A stretch of 46,680 nucleotides of DNA from Asterionella formosa (taxonomy: Eukaryota), in the NCBI GenBank assembly GCA_002256025.1, contig NKIB01014149.1, forward strand, positions 1 to 46,680. Reading direction: 5' to 3'. The translations under genes were made by a program, and so were the position numbers. Positions 46,665-46,680 of the stretch are shown here, in pieces. The stretch's first letter is position 1; every line of letters begins with the position of its first letter. The notes under the pieces were generated by a model. It worked only from the letters and a program-made list of their open reading frames with translations, did not search any database and was not told the origin of the DNA.

Positions 46665-46680
46665 TAGATGCGCCAGTAGA

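Overview
Eukaryotic nuclear DNA, most likely a diatom. This is inferred from short GT-AG introns, a bipartite plastid-targeting-like presequence, and Copia (CoDi-type) and Crypton-like remnants. Eleven host genes are supported: a guanine/nucleoside deaminase, an HMG-box protein, three paralogous signal-peptide 2OG-Fe(II) oxygenase-ankyrin genes, an RluA pseudouridine synthase, condensin II CAP-D3, a SirB/CbiX chelatase, a TauD-family (TMLH/BBOX-like) dioxygenase, a SET-RRM-RS fusion protein and Nup93/Nic96. Most genes lie in tight tail-to-tail pairs. The long gaps between gene blocks are AT-rich and hold decayed mobile elements: a Kolobok-like element with TIRs, IS630/Tc1-like remnants, Copia fragments and MITEs. 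Most notable are two inverted copies of a highly structured ~160-nt tRNA-Ala-derived element, the ER-type oxygenase-ankyrin cluster, GGTACC-rich palindromic tracts upstream of most genes, and a ~90-bp TIR element in four copies. All calls were made by eye, without database searches.
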